Translations under genes and position numbers: made by a program
Assembly (NCBI GenBank): GCA_965644295.1
Contig: CBFFRP010000066.1
Span: 434,001 to 498,000, forward strand
Direction of reading: 5' to 3'
Source of the DNA: Paraphysomonas bandaiensis
Lineage: Eukaryota; Protista; Chrysophyceae
Length of the DNA: 64,000 nucleotides
Shown: in pieces, positions 13,501 through 27,478 of the stretch
Layout: every line of letters begins with the position of its first letter
Numbering within the stretch: the first letter of the stretch is position 1
Notes under the pieces: generated by a model
What the model saw: the letters and a program-made list of their open reading frames with translations, nothing else
Told to the model about the DNA's origin: nothing
Database searches by the model: none

Positions 13501-15185
13501 GTGGGAACCTTGGTAGGCGCGATCGAAGGGCCATCAGTCGGAACGGATGAAGGTACTCCGCTAGGACCCCGAGATGGCATACCGGAAGGCATTTCAGAAG
13601 GAGAGCCAAACGGAGCACCTGTGGGAAAGGTAGTAGGTACGACGGAAGGCACACCAGTTGGCTCTCCAGATGGAACTCCAGTCGGAATTTGGGATGGTAT
13701 GGCAGAAGGCGCACCAGACGGAGCTCCAGTCGGAATATAGGTGGGTTCCGCAGAAGGCACACTAGACGGAGCCCCAGATGGAGCATTGGTAGGTGCAGCA
13801 GATGGTTCTCCAGAAGGAGCCCCAGTTGGAATCGTGGTCGGTACCGCAGAAGGTTCCTCAGATGGAACTCCAGTGGGAGCCTTGCTAGGAACATGAGAAG
13901 GTAAAGCAGATGGTTCACTTGATGGAGTAACGGAGGGAAGACCAGTAGGTACAATACTAGGAATTGAAGATGGCTCAGCAGTAGGAACGACAGTTGGTAC
14001 AGCTGTAGGTACTGATGTCGGCCAGGGTGTTGAATCGACAGTGAACACCGCTTTACAGACTGTACATGATTCAACCAACCGCTGTTCCCCAACAATCATA
14101 ACATACACCGTTTCACCAGTGGTATGGACAGTCTCCTCGTCGTAACACTGGTCCTCCTGGGTGATAATACTAGATCCTGTCACGGTGCGGTCGAACGCAC
14201 GCAGTCCAGTAGAATCCGCCAAACTAGTGGATGAGCCGACGGTACCATACACTCCGGGTGGGAGTACATAAGTAAAGCCATAAATGATGTCGAGCTTAGT
14301 GTCGGTGACACCAGTATACTTGTGCGTTTCAAATGACATCTGTTCAACACAACTGATCACAAATCCAGTTTGAAAAGCCATATACGCTAACTGCTCAAAC
14401 TTGGGCATCACATAGTAACTTGGGTCCACAGAGTCGTGAGGTTGCAACACAATCCTAGCAAATCTTCTGCGCAGGACGTAGCCTCGAGGTATTAGCAGGC
14501 GATCATAAACAACTCCTTGAAGCTGAAGAATTATGCCTATTGATTCACTATCCAGAAAGCCACAGCTCAATGTTGATGATTCGCAACCAACAGGAAAGTT
14601 AAATCGTACAAAATTGCTTTGATTGGTCACGTCAGCACTAACACGGTTTATCGGCCCTTCTCCTATCATGAAGTAATTACCAGTGAGATTAAATGCACCC
14701 TGTTCAGCAACAATCCATGACAACTTCAGCTCAGGAAATATTGGTTCAGGAATGTTCCATGTCTTTAAACAGTAACTATCGTTTGCTTGATACAGCTTAA
14801 CTTCAAAGCTGATCTGTCCAGATGTGGTGGCGTTGCGAACGCGAGCAATAGCAGGATACCCATCATTGGATGTTTCACCATCTATCTCTGGGAGACTAAT
14901 GAACACAACAGCATTCTCAAATGTGTTGAATATGGTTGATATATTCCTCCACTCCTGGTCTCCTGCAGTGGTGAATCCGCCTTCAATCCAAACCGATTCT
15001 CGCGGCTGTTTCGTGAGCATATCGATAACATCCGTAGTAGAGTTGCCACAGTTCTCTACATGTAAATGTTATGAGAGGAAACAGTCTAACAAACCATCAA
15101 CCACACCTGCATCTACACTTCCCCCTATAAGAGACAGAGCACATAACACAACAAGAAACACATCACGCATACTCTCTCCAGTCAT
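4584..15185 (-). CDS. Giant (~3,500 aa) type-I membrane glycoprotein: signal peptide, two copies of a ~330-aa lectin-like domain, P/S/T mucin stalks, LRR domain, TM helix, Ser-rich tail
   Basis: Exon 1 (15185-15107) encodes MTGESMRDVFLVVLCALSLIGGSVDA. A 51-nt GT-AG intron (15106-15056) joins it in frame to the 3478-aa ORF. Duplicated domain at ~14040-15050 and ~10960-11990; LRR motifs ISGTIPSSIGAL, LDLGSN, LDISGNGFVGQIP; TM GITIGVTMFIVLVFCCAYVMFV. Confidence 0.9.
5884..10795 (-). repeat. Coding tandem repeat array: 4 x 276 bp, 13 x 252 bp, ~2 x 276 bp (92-aa and 84-aa S/P/T units)
   Basis: Anchor GCAGTTGGA recurs at 5917, 6193, 6469, 6745, 7021 (period 276), then every 252 bp to 10297, then at 10573 (276). 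Units are nearly identical. Confidence 0.95.
12590..13490 (-). repeat. Coding tandem repeat of 156/120-bp units built from 12-bp tetrapeptides (PSG/PTG-x)
   Basis: Anchor GATGGAATACCGGTAGG at 12745, 12865, 13021, 13141, 13297 and 13453. Confidence 0.9.
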
Positions 15186-17814
15186 CACGTTATGTGACCT
15201 GTGGTTATGGATCCAGGCTACAGTGTATCGTGTATATATGACAGAGAGATGTGGCCAAATCACGCATGATTCCACTATCTTTAAACGACAACCACAAACC
15301 AAACGAATATCCCATATTGGGGATACTTTCATGAACTTTCACGTGGTATTAGCCAATTAGATTTCTCACCCATGTGTCCCAAAAATTTGGACTTTGAAAT
15401 TTTAGAACATCAAAATTTGGTATTTATTGATTGAAACTTCGGTATGAAAATTTAATGCAAATACTTTGTACAATTTATGTCCACTATAAAATCGTAATAT
15501 CTAGAAATCCACGGCTATAAATTGGGATTTTCGGATATGATGCTTGCTCAGTGCTGTATAGCATATGTATGTGTATATGTGGAAGGGGGAGCTCTGTATG
15601 GAATGCTGGTTCGTGTTTATTCATAGTGTGTATGGTATTTTGGATTCAATGCACATAAAAAGAGGGGATTTTGATGACAGTATTTCGTATTTCGGGAGAT
15701 ATCGAGTTATTCTGTACTGTACATATAGTGGGGGGGGCATCCGGGGTTTGCACATGTGCGCATATATGGACAAGTGCTAGACATGACTATCAAAAGTGAT
15801 GAAATTGAAGTAATTTGGCTGTGAGGAATCTTATCATAAGATGCATATTTCTTATGCAGCTGCTGCACCAGACTTCCAGGCATCCATACCACAGCCATAC
15901 GGCACTGAGGCGGTTGTGTAAATCCACAGAGGAGGGTGTTTTTTCAGTAAGAAGTTCGACGAAATTGATAAAAATCAGGTAAAAAATGAAATCTATATTT
16001 TGAAAATCCACAATTTCATCAAAAATTATCTGCATATTTCCAGTATGGATGGATGGTGCCGTTGAGCGATAGCCAAGTCAGTCCAACACTCCGCATGTGC
16101 ATATTACTCTCAGCATGCAACAATAATGCAACAACAGAGTGTCACGCCACTAGATAATTCCTGGATCACTTCGCCCGTATGAATGACACTGTAGATGCGA
16201 CACGATAATGAGAGAGAGCAGTCTGATCCGTAGGCTACTTCGTCATCAATAACCAGGATATGCAACCAGGTAGACCAACAGAGCGACCAGCAATTGATTT
16301 CAAGCCGACACTGAGACTCTAATTGAAAGATGTGATATCAGAGTTATGTATGAGTGCATTGCTATTACTTACCATCCTCACTAGGCTGGGCAGCAGAGGA
16401 ATTAATCAGTGGCAGCCAGCTACTAGAAGGTTCCAAAGTTAGTGTTACTGTGATAGTAGAGTGAATAAGACTCAACATATTCTCACTTATATTACTAACG
16501 GCTACTATACCTGCGTGCGATCAAACTGGTGTAACCGAAAATTCAATTAATTTTCCTGTTCATATTCTCATTCCACTCTAAATATTCTTGTAACGTTGGT
16601 GATGACATATCAAGCACCTGAGCAATGGCGCTATAGTTGAGAGCACCATAGAAATTCGTTAGTAAAAAATAATGACTACGTACAGGGCAGAGTATCACTT
16701 TCGCGGCATCTTCGTAAGCGGTTAATTTCATATACACAAGTCCCGTGATTGTATGTAGAGAGTTGCTGACGTTTTCGAATTTCAAGACCTTAGAGTCGAT
16801 AGTATATAGCTTCTATAGATCCGGGTGTAATGGGAATTAGAGACCCCTCCTCAGGTCTTCATTCTTCTTGTAGCGACAGAGGAAAAGTGCGGGGAACAAG
16901 AATGGTTCCTTTCTGATCACAAAAACGATCAAAAATAATTCGGGTAATCTGGTATACCAACGTAATTGTTAGACTTCACGTCTAGTAATCGATTCATGCC
17001 GACGACAGCTCGAAGTATATTTAACGATCTCTGTTCCACTCTCATACAGTACTTCCGATGTTATCTACATGTGGTGCATTTATGTAAGCCCTAAAGAGTA
17101 AGGTTTCACCCCTGACTACGTACAGTACCGCTACATAATTTTCCGAAATTGGACTCTTTGGCTGCTCACCCCTGATATGTGTCTGCAGTAGTTTCGGTGA
17201 AATCGGTGGGGGATAAATAAAGCAACTTCCACTCTACAGATTCAAAAGTGAGAGACTTTGAGCTGAAATCTGACCCCATGCAATGAAATCGGGTAGACGT
17301 GAGTCAAGTAATAGATGATAATAAATTAAAAAACTGAAGGTTAATACATACCTCATACCTTTCTGTAAATATGTGTTGAATTGAATCTTGTACTACTGAT
17401 ATTCAGACAGCATACATATTAGACTGTTAGAAAAAGGGTACAGTTGTATCTGTGGAAAAAGAACGGGTGTATGCACTACAGTATACGCTTCGCCCAAAGC
17501 TCTCATGGTACACTCATATTCTACTTTTCCACTTCAACTAGTTCACCAATCGCAACTGTGCACGTCGGACTTTTTCCAGGCGGTAATCGATATTCCATAT
17601 CAGTCCATTTTCTATTATTTTTGAATATCAGTGTCTAGCTCTTGATTTATTAATGATGAATTTAGCAACATTATTATTGTAATTAACGCATAGAGCCCAC
17701 AGTAGGACTGGACAACAACAGCCACCCACACTCGATTGAGTGTAAATGAATTGCATTAAAACTATTCTATGAAAGCTGCTACGACGATGAACATCAACGA
17801 AATCAACTCGCTAT

Positions 17815-20800
17815 TTACTTCTTTTTCGACTTACTCTTGGAACTCTTAGACTTCTTTTGTGATGCCTTTGAGCGAACACTATCTTCTTCCTCGTCGAAAA
17901 TCGGCTCATCATCAATTTTCACTTTATCGTACTTCACTGCCTGGTCCAGACAGAACAAGCGCATAGCAACCATTCCCAAAGTCGAGTGCCTTAGCGCGCA
18001 CAACCTTGACGGCATACAGCACATCAGTTTTGCGCCTGTAGTCTTAAACCACGAAGATCTGACACCATATTCGAGCATCAGTTGACATTCCATTAACTGA
18101 GTGGCGTCTGCTGCAGAGGTGACAGCATACTTCCATGCCTCTGAAAAAGGTGACGACTCATATCGCAATGGCATTATGACGCCACTGCCCACCCCCGGTA
18201 CACCCCTGCCCCATCTCTCTTCCGACTCATCAATTGACCCATATGGAAGAGCGGCATGAACCAGAAGCATTGCTGATTTTATCACAGCGATGTCGGATTT
18301 GTCTTTGTTGTGTCGAGGAAAAATGCGACAGTTTAAAGGAGTTCCCCCGACAGCATTGATATTGTGTCGTCTCGATGAAGCGTAGTATTTATACGCAGTC
18401 AATGACTTTAATATTTCTGGTATAGACCCGGGAGCGCTGTCAAGCTCCTCGGAGTTTTCGTTATGTTCCTGAATAACAGCACGCGTGCTTTGATTGCGTG
18501 GAAGCAAAGATTCCTCTCCCACCCAGATATCATATTCTGCTCCCCAACCACTGAATCTAATCTTGTACAGCACCGCGTTGAGTTGACACTCTAGACTATC
18601 ACTCACACCAGAGGCTTGTCGAGTGCGTATATTTGTGACCTTACCCTCCCACCATTTCTCTCCTCGACGAACGAACACTCGAGATCCCGCCAAATACAAG
18701 GGTTCTCCTTCTGTACCATTTGACGAAGGAGCCTCAGAGGTTGACCGGACACATTGTCTCTTTGTATCGTCAAGAGATACACGGGGACTTGAACTGCGCT
18801 TTCGTTTCTCCCTCAGCAGAGGAACACTCCTCTCCGAAACCATATCGCAACCTTCCAACTCAGCCTCATCGTCATCCTCTTCATCCCCTTCGTTATCAGT
18901 GGCAGTACCTTTGGTATCAACCTCCATATCATGTTCATCATCTTCTACCGAACTGGGCTTCTCCTCTACAACATTCAATGTGGGGTGTTCTGTTTCCTCT
19001 TCCTCCACACTATGGTCCGCACTATCACGGACAAGAGTGGTATACTCTTCAGTTCGCATGAGGAATTCAAGTGGGCTACTCTCACGTTCACCAGATTCGT
19101 ACAAGTCACTGACCGAATTATTCTTCTCTATCTGCATACTAAGGTCCGCTGCATCTTTGTACAGAACTCGAAGGGCCCTCTTTATCGTTTTCTCAGTTCT
19201 ATAACTATCATTGAGAGTGAGAATAATGTGGGCAATATCAGGAACACTTTCAAGCACTCTCCATTTCAAACATGTTCCATCTGGTACTACTGGGTCTGGG
19301 AGTTCAAGTGTATTTGAGCAACTCCTGCTATCAGTCCCACCTCTTTCGTCAGATTGAGATGACTCGGTGTGTATAGGAGAGTCCGTTGAAGAACACCCCC
19401 TTGATCCTTCTTTTGAGCTGGAAGTGTCGCTATATTCTGTGGTACAAACATACAAACTCTTCGTTCCCGGGAACACATAATACACATTACCATAGTGGTC
19501 GTATCCCAGAGATATTACTTTTCCACGAGCTATACCATACAAGACATCTGCTAACCTACGGTCCTCTGCAATATCAATCCGCATTGCTGCTTGTACCTCC
19601 GCCTGGCGCCGCAAATGCAGTCTTATCCTTTCTCTCTCCTTTTCACGCTCAACCAGTTTGTTGTGCGCCGTTATACGAGAAACGTGCATGCTCTCTGCAC
19701 AACACTCGTGAACAACAACAGAACCTTTTATCACCTCCATCTTGATATCTTTAGGAGGTATTAATATTCTACTGAAGATTTCTTCGTCTGTTTTCGTCTC
19801 ATCCTTACATGATGAAATTCTCGCGGCTTCCAGCAATCTTGCAGCGTCTGTATTATTTAAAGGAACCCAAAAAGCAATCAACCTCTTGGGCACTTCGTCA
19901 AACTTCCCTTCTTCTCTCTTTCTATCAACTACAGCCTGCCATTCCTTCCATTCATCCCACGTCTGCCCATACACGAGTTGGCTGCAAATCATCTTCTCAG
20001 TGAATCCACACCATGCACAGACAGGTACGCTATCGGCACCATATTTTTCAGTCACGATAGAAGATTCGCTATTCACATCCATAGCCCCACACCCTTCTCC
20101 GGAATCAACTCTGGAAACACTGGTAAGTTTCGAATCATCATTGATTGATATAATTTCCTTGGCGCCGTCATGGAAGCGGTCATTAAAAGACGCAAGCCAC
20201 TCCTTCATATCAATATCATCCGCTGGGCGGGGCAGAGTTGATTTTACGACAGTATGTAAGATACATCCAGGGGCGAGGTGAGCTACAGTTGCGGACGGTA
20301 GCCTCACAGCACCCTCCCGATTTAACGTCTTATTTGACTCTTCCGAGATACCGTTATCTTTATTTTCCTCATCGCCTCCTCTAACTGTTGGCTCACTTGT
20401 CTCTTCTACTTTTTCCCGGAACACCTCCTCACTCTGCGCCAACTCGCCTTCGATCTTTTCCATAAGAGTAAGGGTAAACATCGCATCTTCTTTTCCACGA
20501 CGATTAGAGCGGTAACGTGTTTCCCAACTATGCTTCAGTTCATCAATAGCTAGTATGGGCTTCTCACTTGTAGAGGGTGGGCCAGATGGAGGAGGCATGC
20601 TTCTACTCTTATCTTGAGTATCTAATTCATGATTGTTGTCACATTTCTCTCCATTTTCACTTTCCTTCGATTCGCATTGTTCTTTTTCTTCGAAAGAGAC
20701 CTGATTGATTTCTTCCAGTTCCGCATGCGAAAAAAGAGGGTCTTCCGAATCATCATCAGATACCAAATTCTCTTGGTCATCATCCGCTCCTCCGTCCGAA

Positions 20801-23800
20801 GGAAATCCATCGCTCTCTGAAATAGAACCCTGACTTTGGGCAGCTGCTTCAAGGCCTTCGTCCCACACCCCTTCTGCAGACGAAGTGTTATCATCATTTT
20901 CCACTCGATTACCAATATCTGACGCTCCCTTTTCTTCCACTCTTGACTCGCTTTTCACCACATCCGCATTATTGTCACACCCTTCGGTACCACTGGTACC
21001 TCTATCCATACCATCGTCATCATCATCTTCCGCTGCTTCATCTACAAATAATAGTTTATTTCCTACTTTCACATTCAGTTTGGACTTGTAATCCAACAGA
21101 GTAGGGGGCCTATTTTCCCCAATATCCCGAAGAACTCGAGCGTAGTCAGCACTGGTGATTTCATCCATATAGTGTCCACTTTCAATAAACGCTGGGGTGG
21201 AGATTGCTTTATACGACAGCGCCAAAAGCACTGTTGTCCAATCTTCCCCACGCATAGCAAAATTCCCACAGCGTGTACTGAGGATTGCCGCAGCGCGACT
21301 AATGATGCGAATTCTGTCGTCCTTCTGAAGTACCTTGCACGCGCGCGCTGAAAAGGACTCGTCCACAGAACCCGGCAGGGCTGAATGAAAATGTACCCAC
21401 CCCTCGTACGCCCTACACAATGCAGCCACTGAGTCATATTCGTGGAACGTGTATCCACTTGGGAGCACTGGCGGTGATACGGGTTTAAACTCGGGTATAA
21501 CAACATCCTCCGAGGATGTGTTTTCTCCATCCACAACAGTTTGATGAGTGATGCGTTGCAGTGTTTTCAAATCACCATAGTAAAACCTGCACCACGACAA
21601 TTATCGACAACGAAACCAACTACATAAAACTGCAAGTATATATACCACACTTACGTGAGCACATCGTCAAGAACCCAGACCACAGTACGGGTACCTCCTC
21701 TTCCGATTACTTGAATGTCACCCATGAAAGGAATATCATCCAGCGAATACCCGAATTCTATATGGTACTCCAAGTACCATACAATATCGTCTTCGCTTTC
21801 AGAAACCTCAGTACCACCAGCAGCATTGGTGAATTCAATGCTGTCAGATGTGTTTGCGGGTACATGACCGACTTTACTCCGGGGTTTGTATCCTTCCTTG
21901 CGGACAATACCGACAACTCTCCCTATCTCTCTATCACTCACTGGAGAAGTTGGTTCCCATACGAGGGCATTCCTGACAAAAGAATTTTATTGATAAACAA
22001 ATAAGAACATACACCAGACCTCAGAGGGTGCACATGCTGAACATGCCGCTCTTCCACACAACATTGACAGAACCACTCCCCCCGAGGGGGGGCGTGCATA
22101 GGTGGTGAGAGACAATCCATGTGATACGGGGCATCACAACGATCACAGAGAACTGTGCGCTTCTCGTCATTTTCATAAGTTGAACGACACACAAGGCAGT
22201 TGTCTGACTGTTCGAGAGGTGCTGTCGTATTCAAAACACTTTCGTAAAACATACGCTCAAATACACAAATCATCTTCATGGTAGACTGGGCCAGCTGAGT
22301 AGCATCGGTACTAAATGCCATCGAATTCTGAAATACTAGCATGATATCCCTGATGTGAAGCCGTATTAAAAGTATAGATCTCGATCTGCATCAATACCTG
22401 TAAATATCTACCAATCGGCTGCCATACTTCCCATTGATAAGGTGCTCACGTACGTCAAGCAGACATATCGGGTTGCGTATCTTATCTGTATGTCAGACAA
22501 TTATATCATAACACTACACTTGAAATAAGGAGCGTACCATAATACCCTTTCACAGCAGAGGCATCTACGGGGCTGTTGAACTGATCAGCAAGGGGATGAT
22601 CCATGAGCGTAGAAATCATAAAGTAACTCCTAAATCAAGAAGAGTACACAATCAATACTGAAACACACATGCACTACATGCAGCATTCGACAGCCAACCT
22701 CTGCGTCGCCGTTGGCATTGACTTGACCTTGTCAAGATCAGGGTCAACATCTTCCTCACTATCTTCTAAATCCATTTTCTCTTCAGCCCCTGCTTACATG
22801 TCACAAATTTCTGTTTAAACACAGCACTGTAATATACCACCAGTGATGGAATTCTGAGCTAAATCATCGCTACTATTTTCCTTCGTGATACTATCTTCAT
22901 GTAACTCTTTCTTTCTTGCAACAGGGCTCCACCCATGGTTTACGAGTGTGTTGTATACCATCAGAGGAGAAACCGAATGGATCCACCCAGCGTCCAAGCT
23001 ACATAGGTCAGACATTGTCCAAGACATTTCCACCGGTCGCCCAGAGGTATCAGAACAGGACCACTCGTATAAAGTTCTGTGCAATTGGCGACCAGGCGTC
23101 GAGAGAAAATCGTTGACATTTCCAACACTGTACACAGGGGGCAACGGAATGCGTAGCACATCACGCACACAACAGAGGGTGGACCGATCAATCCCTGCGT
23201 TTGAGTTCTCCACAAGGCGGTACAGAACCAACAGCAAGATGCTTCGAAGCTGGTGAAAGTAGTCTTCACTTGAGCATTTCATACGCATACACATCTTGAT
23301 CGCCTTCATCGCAACAAGCTGTATGTCAATGTGGCGCCCAGCCTCCTGTATATATATTTCCAAGAGCCCCACACAAAATTGGGCGGCAGTAAGAACATGG
23401 GACGAAAAGAACTCTTGATCGCTAACCCTCCCCAACTGCAGGAGGTGGTAGTACAGTTCACACCATATGAGAACTATTTGAGTATAAGTAGACACAGAGG
23501 TATTTGTACCGAACGGGACGCGCGTGAAGGTGCTTGGTGCCGGTATGCGCACTACCAGGCCGCTAGATACCTCTCTTCCCAGGTGTGTATACATCTTTCC
23601 ACACAATGTGTCCGGTGCCGGATGCCCGCTTCCACACCCTTCGGTTTGTCTCCATATGCTCTGCGAGTATCGAAACAGAATTCGCCTGCGGATTAACCGC
23701 AGCGACCTCCTATCCCCTGTATCCGGTGCAGTGGTGTGGCCTCTCCCACGCAGAGTTGTCATCGATTCAAAATCATTCATTCCGAACTGCGTGCACAACG

Positions 23801-26560
23801 TGTGGGTCAGAAGGATTCGAGCAATTTCTTTCCACGTCAGGGCATTCAGTTCCACACGATTATCACCGAGAAACTGCTCTACGCTTTCAAGTGTCATAAT
23901 TTTGTTAAATTCTTGCATGAGCGGTTTGCACAATGCTATCCCAATTTTGCAGAGCATCGCCTCTGCATCTGCCAGAGATGGCGTACTCAGCATTGAGTCA
24001 ACGGCGGTACATCCAATTGTTCCCCTAGCTCGCTTAAGCATATGTTGAAGATGTGTCATTGAGGATTCACAAGCACTGAGAGAACTCTCCAGCACCTCTT
24101 GAGAAGGCACAGCAGCAAGAGATAAAGGCTTGGAGAAAGACACCAGGAATAGCCACAAGTCCAGTGACTGCCCGAATACTGCGCCGCCAAGGCGGACCGG
24201 ACGACCAAGGGGATACACCGAGGTGTCACGGAACTTAGAAGATAATGCCTCATTCGCCGTATTCACCTCAGAAGGTGTATCATGTAATGGTTGGGAGTCC
24301 GCCTGTTCTTGAATGTTTTTTTCTTCTTCAATCATCCTCCGGTAGTTGGAGGCATGCATCTCCTCCTGTCGAGACAACATCTCCAGGCGCATGCGACTGT
24401 ATATACGCCTCGAGTGCATCAGCTTCATTTCCTCATCTCGCATTGTGCGCACAATTCTCTCTAACTCCCTCGCTCGCATTCTACGCTTCTGTTCTACCAC
24501 CAAGCGCTTCAGGCGCTCATTCCTCAGTTCATCTCGTGATTTCCGTCGTAATTCCATGTCCTCGGCCTTCCTTTGGACACGTTCTTTTTCCTGTTCAATA
24601 AGTACCAATCGAGTGGTATTCTTGGATGCAACTTTATCTAGCCCTTTCACTTTCTCACCCATATCAGTCAAGTTTTTTAGAACTACACGCTTAACAGGAT
24701 CCGTGCTGCGTGAGTCGAGGAACTGATAGAGGGCACTCTCCTCAGCCCCGGCCATACCCTCCAACATGCGAAGGATGCCAACATCCACAAGGCTGTCAAC
24801 GCTATCCAGTCCCAAGCGAGGCTTGACAGGATGGAGTCCGCCGTTGCTCTGCACAGAAAACAGAGGAGAAATTATAAATAATAACACAAAATCAAAGCAA
24901 CATGCGTATATCGAGGGTCACTGGCAGATGTAAATACCTGTCCAGTACTGAGGGCACGCATATGTAGCCGCCGCACGTCCATAAGCTTAGATCTCAATAT
25001 TTTCTCCTCTTCATCCATTTCTTCCACAGGTCCAGTTGCCTCCTGTGTCCCTACGGCTCCTCCCTCTGTGTCGGTAGCACTCTCCTCATCGTCGGGAGTA
25101 CGTGCAGTGAGTCCACCGTCGATAACTGTACCTTTCAGTCCCACACTCTCTAACATCACACTCTGCCATACTAGTTGTGGAGTCTTTCCCTCATATACAC
25201 GTACCACCTGCCGGCATCGACTTCCCACTTCCCACGCTACAGTGATACGGAACACTGGGCGCAAGTCGGCCTTGGCCTTCGTGTCCATCTCCTCATATGG
25301 TATCCGAACGCCATGGGGATCACTATGAGAAACATAGTCTATCTCACAAAGGCAGTCCACTATTCTATCCAGAATAGTGTCGTGCTCTTGACGAATACAC
25401 TTGAATCCAAGTGGAAACAGATGGGCATTGTTGTGGAAGTGACAGGAGGGAACAATCCGGCCCCAGTTGAGCACAGTAGTGTTACCGTAAGAAAAAAAGT
25501 TCGTTTTATTGAAGTCCTCTTCATCACCAGGTTTGTGGGGAGTGGTCGACACAGACTCATTTCCCCCATTAAGTGAAGTCGCACACTGCGCTCGCTCTGC
25601 ATCTTCCCTGTGTATGGAGGCATCAAAAGGGGTGGACTGTGCACTAGCAGAGTCCATGCGATGGGTATCGGATGACGGTGGGTGTACGATGCACCTAGCT
25701 CGCATACTATCTCCATCTCTATAGAATTCTACAATTGTATCAGGGTTCGGGTGGGAAAAGAGAAGTTCGGAGATTAGGAACCGCTCACGGGTCTCCACAG
25801 CTAGCATGGCATGCATGTATCTGGGCATTGACTTGACCGTCCTCGTAGGTGGCAAAATGTTGAGAGCCATCGCCACATCTACCCGCGAGCGATACTTCCG
25901 ACCTTTCCTGTTATGGTAACAAATATCTAATACACCTTTTGCAGGTCCACGCGAAATACCAGACACCTGCACCATGGGTTAGAAACGAAAAAATAACTAC
26001 TCCGGCCATACCTTAACTCTCCAGTCATTTCGCACATCCCCCTCAGCTTTGCATTCGAGGAGAAACTCAACTAATCTATCATAAAAATACTTTCCTGTAG
26101 GAGAGTTGTCTTGCTCATCGCCGATATCAAATGAACCATCATCAGACACATCATCAAAGTCCTCATCATACAACTCATCTGATTTTTTCGTTGACTGTAT
26201 TCGTCGAGTTAACCTTCTTAACGGAGGATCATCTTTTTTCTGATGATTACTTTTCTTCTGAGTCTCTCCTTCCATCTGATCCTCCTCCTCATGATCCTCC
26301 TCCTCATGATCCTCATCGATCATCTCATCTCCCTCTGTCTCTCCCTCTCCTTCTCCCTCAGTCTCCGTCTCATATGGTGTGTATGTATCATACGGTGCAT
26401 CAGTATTCATACTCTCACTGTTACTATTCGTATGATGAGATTCACTGTAAGACACTTCACTCAAGTCATCTCCGTCCTCCTCTATCTCGATATCATCACC
26501 ATTACCACACTCCTCCATACGCCCTCCATCATCTATATCCATATTCATATTCATGTCCAT
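17815..26560 (-). CDS. MBD9/BAZ-like multidomain chromatin protein (MBD, FYRN/FYRC, DDT, bromodomain, PHD, WHIM motifs, chromo/Tudor barrel), multi-exon
   Basis: Spliced exons give MBD (DWRVKV..GPAKGVLDICYHNRKGRKYRSRVDV), FYRN (GNTTVLNWGRIV..LFPLGFKCIR), FYRC (YEGKTPQLVW; LEGMAGAEESALYQF), DDT (DLWLFLVSFSKPLSL), bromodomain (DQFNSPVD..KGYYDKIRNPICL), PHD (CLVC..LCDRCDAPYHMDCL..GEWFCQCC), LGYDHYGNVYY, YKIRFSGWGAEYDIWV and a C-terminal AALPYG..MRLFCLDQAVKY. GT-AG introns checked by eye (e.g. 26011-25967). The start codon is uncertain. Confidence 0.85.
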
Positions 26561-26599
26561 CTTATCGGCTATAATTCATTGGGAAGAATATGAACCCCA

Positions 26600-27440
26600 T
26601 CAGGGATGGTGTGTATATCTGCAGGGGCTGTATGTGTGTATATGGTGGGCCAGGAGGGTGTGTATCTGTATGCATATGTATATTATATCGCTCACCAGGA
26701 GAGGGATGTATGTATGTGCAGTGTACAGTATATCGATGTGTGTATGGGGTATGGGGTGATTACTACTCGTGTGTACAGAAGTATGTGGGGATGCAGCGCA
26801 CTGCACTGGATTGTGGACGAGTTGTGTAGTAGTTGTCGTAGTGTAGCATGATACTGTGCTGTGCACATCATCTGCATGTATATTATATACATACTCGTAC
26901 TCTGCTGCATACGCGTCTATATACTGTGTACGTCTATATACAACACTGCTGTAGGTGGACATGTGCGGAGACGGATGTTCGATCACACTGTACATAACTA
27001 CGTACATACACACATACGTACCTACACACATACGTACCTACACACATACATACGTACATAGTGTACCTACATACAGAGTGGATATGTACAACATATCTTC
27101 CACACGACTTTTTTTCCTTGTTGTTCTTTCTATTCCACTTACACCGACACCACTTCCACTTCATCTTCAAGTAACCCTTCAAGAAATCCTCCACATGAAG
27201 TTCAATACACTGCATATATACAGACACAATAACCATTCAGTTTGTTCATATATCAGTCTCTTCGTACCCTCTCAGTGTGCTTGTATACGTATACTTGTAT
27301 AAGGTTCCTTATAGCACTTCTATCCATCACTGAAAGTGAAGTGAAAGTAAGTGAATTCTGTACTCTCTCTACCCTCCTCTATCACAGTACATCCCCGTAC
27401 ACTCTCATACACATACATACATACATACACTAACTATCAC
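26600..27440. promoter_or_regulatory. TG/CA/TA low-complexity bidirectional promoter and 5'-UTR region between the chromatin gene and the FAD oxidoreductase
   Basis: Lies between divergent starts 26560(-) and 27479(+). Dominated by TATG/CATA/TGTG/CACA, like other gene 5' ends in the window. Confidence 0.5.
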
Positions 27441-27478
27441 ATCATACACATACTCTCCCATACCTCACTATCCATCTA

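Noticed and set aside
15560-17400. Possible DNA-transposon/MITE remnants (TACAGGG at 16681, TACAGT at 17121, repeated TGACTACGTACAG)
   Set aside because: No matching inverted terminus, TSD or transposase motif found.
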